Positions 22,794 to 34,440 of a stretch of DNA of 42,919 nucleotides are shown one piece after another (within the stretch, counting starts at the first letter, position 1; each line of letters opens with the position of its first letter). The stretch comes from Nemertoderma westbladi (lineage: Eukaryota > Animalia > Xenacoelomorpha). The position numbers and the translations under genes are program-made. Location: NCBI GenBank assembly GCA_032718475.1, contig JAUCBJ010000299.1, positions 1 through 42,919 on the forward strand, read 5' to 3'. A model generated the notes under the pieces. The model saw nothing but the letters and a program-made list of their open reading frames with translations, did not search any database and was not told the DNA's origin.

Positions 22794-23951
22794 CAATTGG
22801 ATTCTAAGAAGTCACCATTGGCTCTCCTTGCGGCGACCTGCAGTAACATCGGTAAGGACCTACCGACCCAGCCGACCGCCTTGTTGGTCCGCAAACCAGT
22901 AGCGACAATCAGCCCCGTAGACAACCGAACGCCCCCCAGCGGCGCGGGAGAGAAATCCTTCAAACCCTACCGCGATCTGATCCTAACCAAGCCGACAGTC
23001 TCGCCGCCGGTTGTTACCACGGAAACCGACGCCCACCAGCCTCTCTACCGCGGTTGCGTCGACGCGGCTTCGCTACTCAGTTCCCACATCTACGCGCTGC
23101 ACTCTCGGTTCGGGTGCCCGCTGCCCCCCGCCCCCTCGGCGCTGTCCCCCCCGGCCTCCACCACGGGGAGCCCCCCTCGCGGCTCCCCCTGCAAGCCGTC
23201 CCCCAGCGGGGGCCCCTGCGTCTGCTCCCCCCCGCGACCGGCTTCCCCCTCGCCCCCCCGAGCGGCCCCCCTCTTCCCCCCCGCTTCCCCCTACCTCGCC
23301 TACGCGCGCGTACAGACGCTAGGGGGCCTCCCGGCCCTGCTGCCCGTCTGTCGGGATCCGCTCTGCGTCAACTGCAAGTCGGCCGTGAGTCTCGCCGCCG
23401 TGGGGTCGGCGTGCTGCCACCCGGGGGGGTTGGAGTTGCTGCCGGGTCTCCTCCCGCCGCCGGGGGCCGCCCTGGCCTACCCGGGTGGCGCGCCGCACCC
23501 GGCCGCCGCCCTACCGCACCCAGCCGCCGCCCTACCGCACCCAGCCGCCGCCCTGCCCCACCCAGCCGCCGCCCACACGGCCCCAGACACCGCGGCGCCC
23601 CCCATGTACGTCTGCAGTTGGGTGACATCGGGCGCGCAATGCGCGCGCAAGTTCCTCACGTCGGAGGACCTCCTGCAGCACCTCAAGTCGCACTGCACCA
23701 CGGAGGCCCTGCAACCCGCCGCGAGCACCCCGCTGAGCCCCACGCTGAGTAAGCGCACCTACAGCCCGCTAGGGGCGCTGTCTCGCTTCCACCCCTACAA
23801 GTCGGCCGGCGCCCTGGCGCCCCCGCTGCCCGTGCCGGTGCCCCACCACCTACCCGCCGCCGCCACACACAACCCCTACTACCCCTACTCGCCCTTCGTC
23901 TTCTGCGACCTCTCACAGAAGGCCCATCTACCGGGTCTCCTGCCCCACTAA
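22794..23951 (+). CDS. NET-family (NocA/Elbow/TLP-1; ZNF503/ZNF703-like) zinc-finger transcriptional repressor, coding exon 2
   Basis: Acceptor ttttattttttacag ends at 22793. Sp motif LDSKKSPLALLAATCSNIGK, Groucho-binding FKPY, SPYLAYARV, buttonhead-like box CRDPLCVNC, single C2H2 finger CSWVTSGAQCARKFLTSEDLLQHLKSH, RFHPY and C-terminal YYPYSPF. Confidence 0.93.
   Translation, partial: QLDSKKSPLALLAATCSNIGKDLPTQPTALLVRKPVATISPVDNRTPPSGAGEKSFKPYRDLILTKPTVSPPVVTTETDAHQPLYRGCVDAASLLSSHIYALHSRFGCPLPPAPSALSPPASTTGSPPRGSPCKPSPSGGPCVCSPPRPASPSPPRAAPLFPPASPYLAYARVQTLGGLPALLPVCRDPLCVNCKSAVSLAAVGSACCHPGGLELLPGLLPPPGAALAYPGGAPHPAAALPHPAAALPHPAAALPHPAAAHTAPDTAAPPMYVCSWVTSGAQCARKFLTSEDLLQHLKSHCTTEALQPAASTPLSPTLSKRTYSPLGALSRFHPYKSAGALAPPLPVPVPHHLPAAATHNPYYPYSPFVFCDLSQKAHLPGLLPH
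23496..23573 (+). repeat. 21-bp coding repeat (HPAAALP x ~4) in the NET gene
   Basis: GCACCCAGCCGCCGCCCTACC units in frame just upstream of the zinc finger. Confidence 0.85.
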
Positions 23952-24544
23952 CTAACTAACTACCGCCTTCTTATTGGCTCTCTATATTCGTTGTGGTGCA
24001 ATACGCGTCTGTCTGGTATAGTTCCCATATAGTTACTACTACGTGTTAATTAATAACGTAAACTCAGTGTTTTTATTACAACAACCCAATCCCACCAAAT
24101 TACTTAATGAATTTATCCCACCTAGTTTGTTTCACACTGTATATAGTGTTCTAGAATCACTATAATGTTGTTGGTTTAGTTACTAATATACCAACACCAA
24201 ACCGTATAAACGCGGTTTGGTATAAACTTTGGTATACCTTTGTGTGTACCATAACATTCCGTTGTGTTACTAGAACTTTTTGATTAATATTTTTTTCTAT
24301 TTTGGATTGTTACCTATGTATGTAGGGTAGGTTTTTTTGGTTGCGTTTTATTTTGAATTGTTTGGTGGCTGTAGCCATTGTTCTACATTAATTACCGTAG
24401 ATAATTAGTAATTAACTTTGTAGTTAGATTTAGCGTAGAATTTAATAATAATATATTGTAATAGAGTGTTTCGAATGATAATTATTAAAAACTATCAACT
24501 TGTATAAAACAAAAAAAAAAGATTTTTCAAATTTCCCTGCGCTT

Positions 24545-24718
24545 AAGGAGGGAAGGCAAAGGGGCAGGATACAGTGGGACTTTATTGTAACCAAAACAAT
24601 AAACGAGGACAATTTCATAGGTTTAATTTTGCTCTGGTATATTACTCCCGTCGATTTTCCTCAGCAGATGGTTCAATTATGATTGCATCAAGCCCCCCCC
24701 CCCCCCCCCCCCCCCCTC
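24545..24718 (+). mobile_element. Family A MITE-like repeat, diverged copy
   Basis: GCAGG.TACAGTG, TAACCAAAACAATAAAC and TTGCATCAAG followed by poly-C, as in the other copies. Confidence 0.5.
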
Positions 24719-27104
24719 CAATCATTACGTGTTCCTACACTATGTATATGAAAATAAATCTTATTCCGATCTGATTATAAGCCATAATGAGAAATATATA
24801 AGGACTACCTGTGGCCTGTGGGTATATACAGTATACTCATTAATATTTCATATCCTGTCCTGGACTGTAATAGAGCACACTCAAGTCAGGCCTATTCTAA
24901 TATTTATTATGTATAGAACATAATGAGGGCGAAAATAAACTTAAAAGCTTTTAATTTGATATGCGTTGAGATTGCGGGTGATATCATCGCTCACGAATGG
25001 GGAATTTTTAATCCGCTAGAAAGGGGTATCGATGGGGGGCTCATCCTGTGTGTGGGGTGGCGCATCTATGTGCCGAGAGCTTCAATCTCGGTGCTTTACG
25101 ACGCAGAGGAAGAGAGGCCCTCTCCGCGCTCCGCACGGTATCTCAATGTCCTCGGCCGGAGGTCCATTAGTCAGGCTTTCCGGTGCCAACCCTGGGAGAC
25201 CGAAATGATACAGTAACCAGCGTTGTTGTCCTCCTGTTTGCTTCCGATGGCTCCCTTTGAAAGCTTATCGTATCGGACGATAGGACATCTGCCTGTATGT
25301 GAGATGGGGATCATCAATATTTGCTTGTTATGCACATTATAATATATAATTAATAAAATGTATGCGGCTTCCACTGTATTTGTGACGAAAAATACAGAGG
25401 TTTTGTATTTTGTAACCAAAGTGCACCGGTATTAGTTGTCTTGGTATTGGATCGCAAATAGAGGGGAAGGGGGGGGGGGGGGGGGGGGGGTTCGACGCAG
25501 CGTTTTAACTTATTTCCAAGGGGGTCTTTTATGTTACCTGGTTACAAATACAATAATACACCGCGCAATAACCTATAAAATTAATACAAAACGTAACATT
25601 TCGTAACTACTATGAATGTACGTACAACTTTACCGATAATGTGACAACGCCTGACTCAACGTTAAAGATGTAACTGTAGACGGACGGACATTACCTACAT
25701 TATTTTTATATGCTATGATATTGGATGTAAAACACCCTGGGAAAATTTATTTTTTAAATTATTCCTTGTAGTTTTCGTTTAACTTGGGGGATACCGCGGC
25801 ATTGTTTATATTGATGAGGCATCATTAGTTTAGTACGCCACCTTGAGGTTTATAGAGAATTTACTCTTTAGACCCTCATTTTATGTATTGAGCGCTGGGA
25901 GATCTTTTCCTCCTAAGTGAATTTAGGAGTATTTCTAGGCCCTAGGCAATATGCTTTAGTTGCATACTGTGGTTTTATTGTTCAGCAATTAATAACGTTT
26001 TGTTTTATGGAAAGAAGCGAGAATGAAACGACATTGCAAATGACATTGCATTTCGCCAATAATTGCAACAAGTGTTAACAAAGTCTCAAAATCTTTGAGT
26101 TCTCAGTAGTGTTTAGTTTCATAACCAAAAAACTTATTACAATTACAAAAAAATGAAGCTTTCTTTTTATTCATATGTATTGTATAATAATTATATTTAA
26201 CGCCGGCTTATATGCCGGCGTTAAACATCAATAATTCATATAATTGTACTTCAGATTACCCCGACTTCATGTCGCAAACAGTATATTACACCTTCGTGGG
26301 GCCTTCGCGCAGCACTGCATCTAGTTAAGCCTCTGTTTAGTAGAATTAGTGGACATGGCCACTCCACTCCCACCATTGGTTACATAATGGACGGCCGACA
26401 GATCAAAAATAACTTCGAAAAAAATATGTAAGAATTTCTAAACTTTAGATAATGACAAGCACTAAAGTTATGACTTAGCATAAACATAGTTAAGCACTAA
26501 ACATAATGACATAGTGCACTAAGCTTTGGCTCATTTTTATTCATGATTGACAGACTTAATTAACTTTCAAACATTTCCAAAGATGATGACAGACAGTCGA
26601 CCCTTTGTATATCGCTACCTTAAAAGGGCTCACGAAGACTTCGTGGCTCGCCCCACAATATTCATAAATAGTTGTGTTTTCTTATCCGATTGCTTATGTA
26701 GGCCTATTAATGTGTACGCGGTTGATTCCGCAGTGGTAATTCCTTCGTCTTTATTTATAATTGCATTACGAAACTGACGGGGTTGCAAATTGGAAGGGAC
26801 ATCAGCATTTAAGGTGCCGTCGCATGGTAAGCATGTAGCATGTAGGTAAGGCTACCGGTACCGTACCTAACGCTGACGTTTACTTCTCTTCTAACTCGAA
26901 TCGACAGCCGTTGATGTGAAAAAAGCGTGATGGGCCTACAATTATGATTCCTTTTTAAAGCGACATGCGAAATATATTTTGGAGTTGGTTAAAATTGGGA
27001 GTGACGTGTTTCAGCAGACTGTTGAAGGGAGGGGGTTGGTTGGCATATTATTGGTTTTCGGTATACTGGGGTTAAGATATTTTTTTGCCAAATATGCTTT
27101 TAAC

Positions 27105-27675
27105 TTAGACCTTAGAACATGTCTTAATTATCGATTATAACCAATTGCTTATTGATTATTCACATAATAAATATTAACCAATAGGATATGGTTTTGCGCG
27201 AAATTCAAACTCAAATGTTTACCTGGATTTTTCTCCAATGTGCTTATTTTTTACTAAAAATCTATCTCCTCCGCCATTTCTTAACGGATTTACTCAGCCT
27301 TTCATCCACTGGGGTCGATAAAATGAGTACCAGTTAAATAACTGGGAGCAAATCTTGGGATAGGAGTAGCGCCCACCCCTACCCTCGGGTAGCAGCTATC
27401 GAAAAAGGAGCCTTCGGGTCGCCTCCGGCTTCGGCCGACTGTTTGCTTGCTTGTAGGTACTGATTGTGTCGACAGATAATGGGGCAGATTTTCAAAGTTT
27501 GTTGCAATCAAAAGTTACGACGTCACAAATGTCATTTTTTCATAAAATTTTGTATTTTTCGAAAAAATGACATTGATGACGTCATTTTGGAACTCCGGCC
27601 CATTATTCTGTATACATAATAATCAATAACCATAATTGGTTATAATCGATAATTAAGACATGTTCTAACGTCTAA
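27105..27675. mobile_element. Non-autonomous inverted-repeat element (~55-bp arms) containing a SINE fragment
   Basis: TTAGAACATGTCTTAATTATCGATTATAACCAATT (27112-27146) is the exact reverse complement of 27634-27668, and the match extends both ways with a few mismatches. Confidence 0.75.
27292..27453 (+). mobile_element. 5'-truncated SINE (conserved central domain + 3' region) containing one 36-bp satellite monomer
   Basis: ACTCAGCCTTTCATCC..GGGGTCGATAAAATGAGTACCAG resembles the central domain shared with the SINEs at 29.3 and 31.1 kb. It is followed by GATAGGAGTAGCGCCCACCCCTACCCTCGGGTAGCAG, AAAGGAGCCTTCGGGTCGCC and a (TTGC)n tail. Confidence 0.75.
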
Positions 27676-29231
27676 AAATTACGCTGAGTCCATTTCTGCA
27701 GTGATAATTAGAATATAGTTAAGAATTAAAGATATATTTAGTTATGTAAATATAGTTATAATAATAACTAATAATTTTATTAAAATAGTGGAATATTTAA
27801 ATAGCTGTATCTCATGAACTAAAAGTCGTATAGCGATGCAGATTTTACCATTAAAATCACCGTGAAATTTTGTACCCCTATTTGAAAAAATAAAACAAAA
27901 ACGTTCAAATTTTACCCTCTCGTTTACAATAGGCCCCTACATATTTTTATATTACATTTTAATAACACAGTTCAATTTCAGTTTGCTCAGATTCTGAACC
28001 TTGACCGCACTTTTTCTACAATTTAATCGCAATGAATAAAACTTCACCTTCTTACCTCCCGGGGCGAATCGGAATTATTATTTTCGCCACTTCGATGTTC
28101 GAATAGCCTTGCTATATATTTCCAGAACATCCTCTAATAATTTATTGCATTTACATCTCGCATATATACTAAGAAATATAAATGTATTATTCGAATCTAC
28201 ATTGAACATTGACTGCAGTTATTCACAAACAAGTCCAAAGATTACGAGCAAATAAATTTATTGTGCGCTCATCAAATGTGTTTATCTAGGCCAAAATGAC
28301 ATTTCTGCAACTAATTTCTTCCATGTTCAATTGTTATTCAGCAGAGTTTTGCTTCACTACGGGCTGTCAATCATTCCAACCTATTGCGCACTATATACCC
28401 CGTGGCAAATATCAATAGGCGATGACAACTTTTGCAGTTGTTCGCCGCATGTTGGTTGTCAGAATGGGATTCGATATTCTACGTAGATTGAGGGACACTT
28501 TCGCTCGCTAGCGCGTGTTATTTGAGGGTAGCGTTGCGATTAATCTAGCTGCTGAGAAAACTGACAAGCTTAGAGTTGCTGATAAAGGTTTCAGTTATTG
28601 GGTGAGGTCCACTGACCACTATACCAGTCCGTCAGTAGGTTAATAATACAATTGCTGATATGATTTAGGCTGAAGGACTCTTTCTCTGGTGCTTTCTTAT
28701 CTTCCAATTGCTTAATCTACAGATTTCGTCAGGGGCCTATTGTGTTATTTTCTTATCGTTTTTTGGTTGTTGACAGCTAGGCTTGAGGGGTTTACCTACA
28801 GTATTTTTTATGAATAATGTGGTAGCAAGTGTGAATTGGTTACGCTGCTATGTTACAGTATATAATATTTAATTCAGCTGTTAGGGCTCGTTATCGTTAT
28901 CTCGTGGTCTCATTATTCACCCTACCAGTATTCTTTCCAATTACACTGTATCTTCTGTTTATTGGTGTTGGGGTGCTACATATAAAGCTATTCATATTAT
29001 TGATTGGTAATAACAATGGACCGGGCCATCCCGGATTGATTGATTGATTGATTGATCGAACTCCCAAATTCTTCCGGTTGGATTGTAACACCGATGCTGT
29101 AATCTCCTAGACAACCTGAACGCTGATCCAATCATAATAATAATAACATTAGGTTTTTCTATGGTCAATATTCTGTATTCAAATTGAAAAATTATTCATT
29201 CCTTCACAAAATCTAATTATAATTTAATAAT

Positions 29232-29420
29232 CAGCAGCTTTGTCTAGTTGTGGCATTACTGGGATTCCAATCTGGAAGCCCGAGTTCGATCCCTAGATGG
29301 GGCAGCACTATTTGGGCACAATGATTTACACGCTGCATTCTAGCCCAACCCTGAGGGCTTTCATCTTTGGAGTGGTCGATAAATGGGAACCAAGGCATTT
29401 GGGAAACGGAGTGGAAGGAA
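29232..29420 (+). mobile_element. tRNA-derived SINE (degenerate)
   Basis: tRNA-like head with B-box GAGTTCGATCC at ~29282, and central domain GGCTTTCATC..GGTCGATAAATGGGAACC. Confidence 0.65.
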
Positions 29421-29799
29421 TTGTTTGATTTCAAAATTAATTAAAAGAAATAAATACACGTACAAAATAAATAGACCTATTTTTTGTCACTGGAGTGCAG
29501 AGCTGAAGATGAATTCAACTCCCTTTACTCAATGTAATTTCTTAAAGTGCTACTGCACATCCCTAAACATTTCCGCGGTCATATTTACTTTCAGTTTCTT
29601 TGCTGGTCTCAACAATTGATCATTACATAATAAGTCATATAACATATTGCTGCATGAAAGTTTCCTTAACTTTTGCATTTGATGACCTAAGAGCGATGTT
29701 AAATATCATGATAAACCAGAATGAGCGCTATGATAGGTTATATGCAGTTTCATATGCGTATGGCAGAACTTAGTTTATATGAGACAGTACAGTTAAACC

Positions 29800-30088
29800 G
29801 TACAGATAGGGGGGGGGGGGGGGAGGGGGGGGGAGGGGGGGGGGGGGGGGAACTGGACGCAATAAAAATTCATCCCTATCCAGGGAAAGTTCGACGCAAA
29901 TAACAGCTGATTACTCTTAAAAATCAAACCTGTAACCTGTTCTATTGTGTTTAAAAGTTTATTGTTGTTGGTTAAAATAACGTGCCACTGTAACCTGCTC
30001 CTTTCCCTAAATTGAGAATTTAACATTGAGGCGGGATATTAATTCGCCCTGCGCGGGTTTTGCGTCCAGTTTACCCACTGTCTCATAC
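29800..30088 (-). mobile_element. Family A MITE-like repeat, most complete copy
   Basis: AACTGGACGCAA...TTGCGTCCAGTT inverted motifs, poly-G tract, body reverse-complementary to 16768-17005. Confidence 0.7.
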
Positions 30089-31016
30089 CGGAATATCGAA
30101 TAATTACTTTAATCAACCTTTAATTACAGTCTTTCTTTCTCGTTAGTATTTTTTTTTTCAATTATTTGTAATGTGTTTTTGGGAGCAGCATAATTCTCCA
30201 CGCAGATTCAGCATGTGTAGGCCTATATTTCATGTGGCGCAGGCCACAGATGATGCAGACACGGCTGTCAGTTAATCGGAGTAACTAGCCTCCATTATTA
30301 CTCCTCCAAATACGGCGGCAAGCGTTTACTGCTTCTAATTGCAAAACCCCTTCACAATACCCCCTAATTGACAGGATGCCAGGATTGATGGTGGATGCTC
30401 TAACAGCCTACCGTACCGGTACTGTACCTCTACTGCATATATACCTGGGCAGCGCAGCACACAATCCACAGTCAATCATCCCTGCTAGCGATGTGTTTTG
30501 TGTATATACATACATCCCGTGATGCAACTTCTTTTCTATCAACAATTTTTTCCCATACAAACAATAGCATATTGAACGGTCTCCCCTACCCGTATTCCAT
30601 TATCACATGAGTTGAATTCGCCAGAACAACAAAGAACTGTTCTAATTATGGGAGACATTTCAGTCATATTCATTTATTGTTGAAGATATACAAATATTTA
30701 TATGTAAATCTTATTGTGCCCCAGGCCTTCAGTCAATAATCGTTTTACACTTGATTTTTGTAATTTAAAACTAAAGAGTCAAGATGATAAATAATTGAAA
30801 TTCATAATGGAAAACGGCGAATAATTTTTCTTTGTTGCTAGACAATTGGAAAATACAGAATCGAATCCAGCCAGCACATTAATTGTGTGTGTATACTGCG
30901 TGCGTAATAAAATGATTGCTTATTTTCATTACCATTCCCACTAAAGTAACAATTGCAATCGCGGCATTTGTTTACTCTTTATAACAAGTTATACATTTAC
31001 ATAATAATATATATAG

Positions 31017-31292
31017 GTCTGTGGTGTAGTGGTTGCATTGAATTCACATCTTCCGTAGGTCGTGGGTTCGATCCTCACATGGGCCAGGGCAGTTTTCGTT
31101 TCGGCACGAATGCTTTAAAGGGACCAGCCAGGGCTTATCTCTGCCTTGCATCCTTAAGTGGTAGCTAAATGAGTACTGGAGTTTCCTCTGGGGAGTAAAG
31201 TTCTGGGGGGACCGCACTGGAAATAAGTCGTCAGACTTTGTGCGTAATCCCTGTCCTAGCGGCCGAAGAAAATTTACTTTTACTTTTACTTT
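31017..31292 (+). mobile_element. Apparently full-length tRNA-derived SINE
   Basis: A-box TGGTGTAGTGG, B-box GGTTCGATCC, central CTCTGCCTTGCATCC..TAAATGAGTAC and a (TTTTAC)n tail, in AT-rich flanks. Confidence 0.8.
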
Positions 31293-32699
31293 ATATAACA
31301 AAATATACATAATATATATGTCATGTATATCTAAGAGATAGGCTACGTTGCCTACTTTATGTATAACAGTAGTAGTTTAGTTTATCTCTCTGTTCTTTAT
31401 TACCGTCAGTATTTTGCATGTAAATCCTTCACTTTTTCACTTTAATAAAGAGTTGTTAATAACCAGGTAATTAATATTTCTTTATATCCGCAATATCATT
31501 TAAAATAAAACGATATTATGAAAATAAAACAACATCCATTTTCTATCATTGCATTTTACAACGCCCAAGTTATAATATGCCACACCCTAACTCCAAAGTT
31601 ACAGCCATCAAATTTCAATGAACATCAACCATTGCGCGTAAAGGAAGCATAATTTATAATCCTTTTACTTTGTTGCAGGAGTGCATCATTGATTCCCCTT
31701 TTCCCAAAGCAAGCAATGTGCGGCATTCAATGTGTCAATTTGCTTTAAACGAAGTTTTGACCTGTCTATCCTGAATGGACAGGAAGATTAGTTGGGGATT
31801 TCCAATCTTCATTCTTAGGATGTGAGGTGTCAATCATTGCCGCGCGCTTTGGATTCAGCAGGATCGCCTTATTTTGCACCTCAGCTAGGCGACCCCGCTT
31901 CCTTGGGTTATCTCCGCGTCATCTGTCCATCTTACAATTTCATGATGATAAGAAGCAAATCTAATTTAATACCACCACCCGAGTGGCTCCTCCAGTTCGC
32001 TATAAGTTAGTCGTACAGTACTCACTCCTCCATCTCTTATTCCGCGGCGCTCGCGATGCTTCGTCCTGCGTTTGAGCGGCTCGGATTCCGCGTGACACCT
32101 GTCAATCAACGCAGCTCCGCTTGCAAATTCTAACCGAAGAATCGAATTTCTGCCTTCTCGGAGTTGTTATTAGGGATGCAGAAATGCGCGAATGTCTGTC
32201 ATTCCCCCTAATGCCTGTTGTACTACCTCCTTCGGCATAAAGCCAAATAAATATCCTGCTTCTCCAATTGTTTTTGTTTGCTTTTATGACCTTGATTGGG
32301 AGCTCTCAGTATTAAATCACATGTGTAATTGACAGCCCTCTCTCATGCTAACTAGGATTTACTCTTTTATTGCTGGAGTGATGTAGGCCTATGTAGATAT
32401 AGGCCTATAATAGTTTCGACAATCGGAATGAGATGCTTAGCTAGACAGCTGTCGAAATGTACCGGACGACCGGCAGTTCAAACAGGGGGTATGAATCATA
32501 AATCATAAAGGTCTGATTTTATAACCAATCTTGAATAAGGTCTGACAACAACTTCTACTATAATCGGCCTGTTACATTGCAGCTGCACATTGAGATGCTA
32601 TGTTGGCCTAACAAAATTATTTTTTCCACCATCATGCAATCATAATTGGCGTGCTGCATTGCATTGTGTGCATTAAGAATGCTATGCCGGCTTATCAAC

Positions 32700-34440
32700 G
32701 AAATTACGCCGCCACAACTCCCAATCTCCCATTTTTTCGTGAGATTTTCCGCATCTTCAAGGCCAGTTTCCTTTAAGCGGTGTCTCAAGAAAGTCATGGG
32801 CTGTCTACCATGCTTATTCACTCCATGAGGCTGCCAAAGTACAAGATTATGCACTGGCTGGTCCTCACGGCGAAAGCAATGTCCTGCGAAGCGCTCACTT
32901 GGTCGCCACTATGTCGCCCACGAGGTTGCCCACTGCGACCGACGCCCACTTTGGTCACACACTTTAGGTCGCCACTTGGCATTTTTAGTTATATTAGGCC
33001 CATATACAGAAGGTAATACTGAACAGATTTACAATATTATAATATTCTGGTCAGCATGAATATATTATTTATCAGCTGAGCTTTTACATTTTTGGGAATA
33101 ATTAATTTCTACTGGCATTTGCAGAAAGTGCACGGGCTGGTCATCATGGTCCTCCCTGCGAAGCAGAGTCGGCGTTGTTCTAGTGTCAAGCTTGGGGGAA
33201 CCAATGAGACACCTCCAATGTTATATAGTGTCTGGTTGGAGATGTGTGCATTGTACTTGACACAAAGAACCCGGCGTAGCATTCTTGTGAATGTGCCATC
33301 CAGAGATTTGGTGTCCTCAGCATTTAGATCCCAGCCTGGACTCCCATAGAGGACCACTGGAACTACTGCTGCTCTAAATAATCGGACCTTAAGTTTCCGA
33401 TGAATTCTATGTGACTTAGAAATCCTGGAAAGCCCATTCAATGCTGCCCATGCCTCTCCCTTACGTACTCTCTACATGCTCAAGCATACTATCCGTTGTT
33501 CATATGCTCACACGATCAGACATTTCCTGGGAACTTTCGAAATTAACTGTCCAAGGGTTGGGCCATCTTGGAGTTAACAAAAAGACCAACAACACCAAAG
33601 GCAGCCTTTTCTAATAAGCTAAAGAGCCGTTGGGTTCCCTCTAGTGATTCTAGGAGCTTCTGGTGCCAGTAGGTGTGTGGTGTTACCATCACCCCATCGT
33701 CATTATGATAATCTAAGGACATAGTAGAACATAGTCAACCACAATTATGAATAAGAATGGTGCAAGTGCGTCACCCTGGAGGACTCCCCATATAACCATA
33801 TAACGATTGGATCTGTGTCACCATCAATGTAGACGCAAACGTTGTCGAACCATCGTATAGTGATCTGATGATAATTTCCTCAGGAATCCCATATAATGAA
33901 AGTATGCTGAACATACGTGAGCGAGAGACTGAATCAAAGGCCTTGAAGAAGTCAACAAAGATACCAGCCGCCCGTCTCTCTTTTTGAAAATATTCAATTA
34001 TCCTTCTGCTAAAATGCCAAAACGGGCTCCATGGTCCCACGACCTTTACGGAACCCATTCTGATTTCCACGTAGCACTCTCTCAACAGGATCACTGAAGC
34101 GATTTAATAGAATTCTATTGTATAGCTTTGTAACAATCGAGATCAACGAGATTCCACGAAAATGAATGTGTTAGGTTGCCCTTCAATGGAAGTGGCACAA
34201 ACTGATTTGATTTAATTTCTTGTGGACTCATTTTTTCTGTACATGTCTATTAAGATGAGGTGAAGGAGCTCCAGACACTGGTATTTTAAAGACCTCACGG
34301 GGAACACCATCTACTCCACAGGCACGATTGGTCTTAATGCTCTTTGCAGCAGCCTTCACTTCTGCAAAGGAGATATCGCCAATGGGAGTATCTGTGAGTA
34401 CAGACTGAGACACTTTTACTTCTATAAAGTTTTCATGCAA
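32700..34440 (-). mobile_element. Decayed non-LTR retrotransposon (LINE, RTE-like) reverse-transcriptase remnant
   Basis: Frameshifted fragments in the expected order on the minus strand: RACGVDGVPREVFK, IFVDFFKAFDSVSRSRMFSILSLYGIP, GVLQGDALAPFLFIIVVDYV (~33730-33790), KVRLFRAAVVPVVLYGSPGW, RRLCFAGR, NLVLWQPHGVNKHGRQP. Confidence 0.85.

Noticed and set aside
22739-23916. Alternative-frame ORFs over NET exon 2
   Set aside because: Result of very high GC content; only the 22794-23951 frame carries NET motifs.
6499-23951. Functional gene cluster of PRMT2-like and NET genes as a Wnt module
   Set aside because: Both families have Wnt links, but adjacency of two genes ~13.7 kb apart is not evidence without conserved synteny.
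31017-31090. Functional tRNA gene
   Set aside because: A/B boxes are present but there is no proper cloverleaf, and it continues into a SINE body and simple-repeat tail. The same applies to the heads at 29.2 and 36.2 kb.
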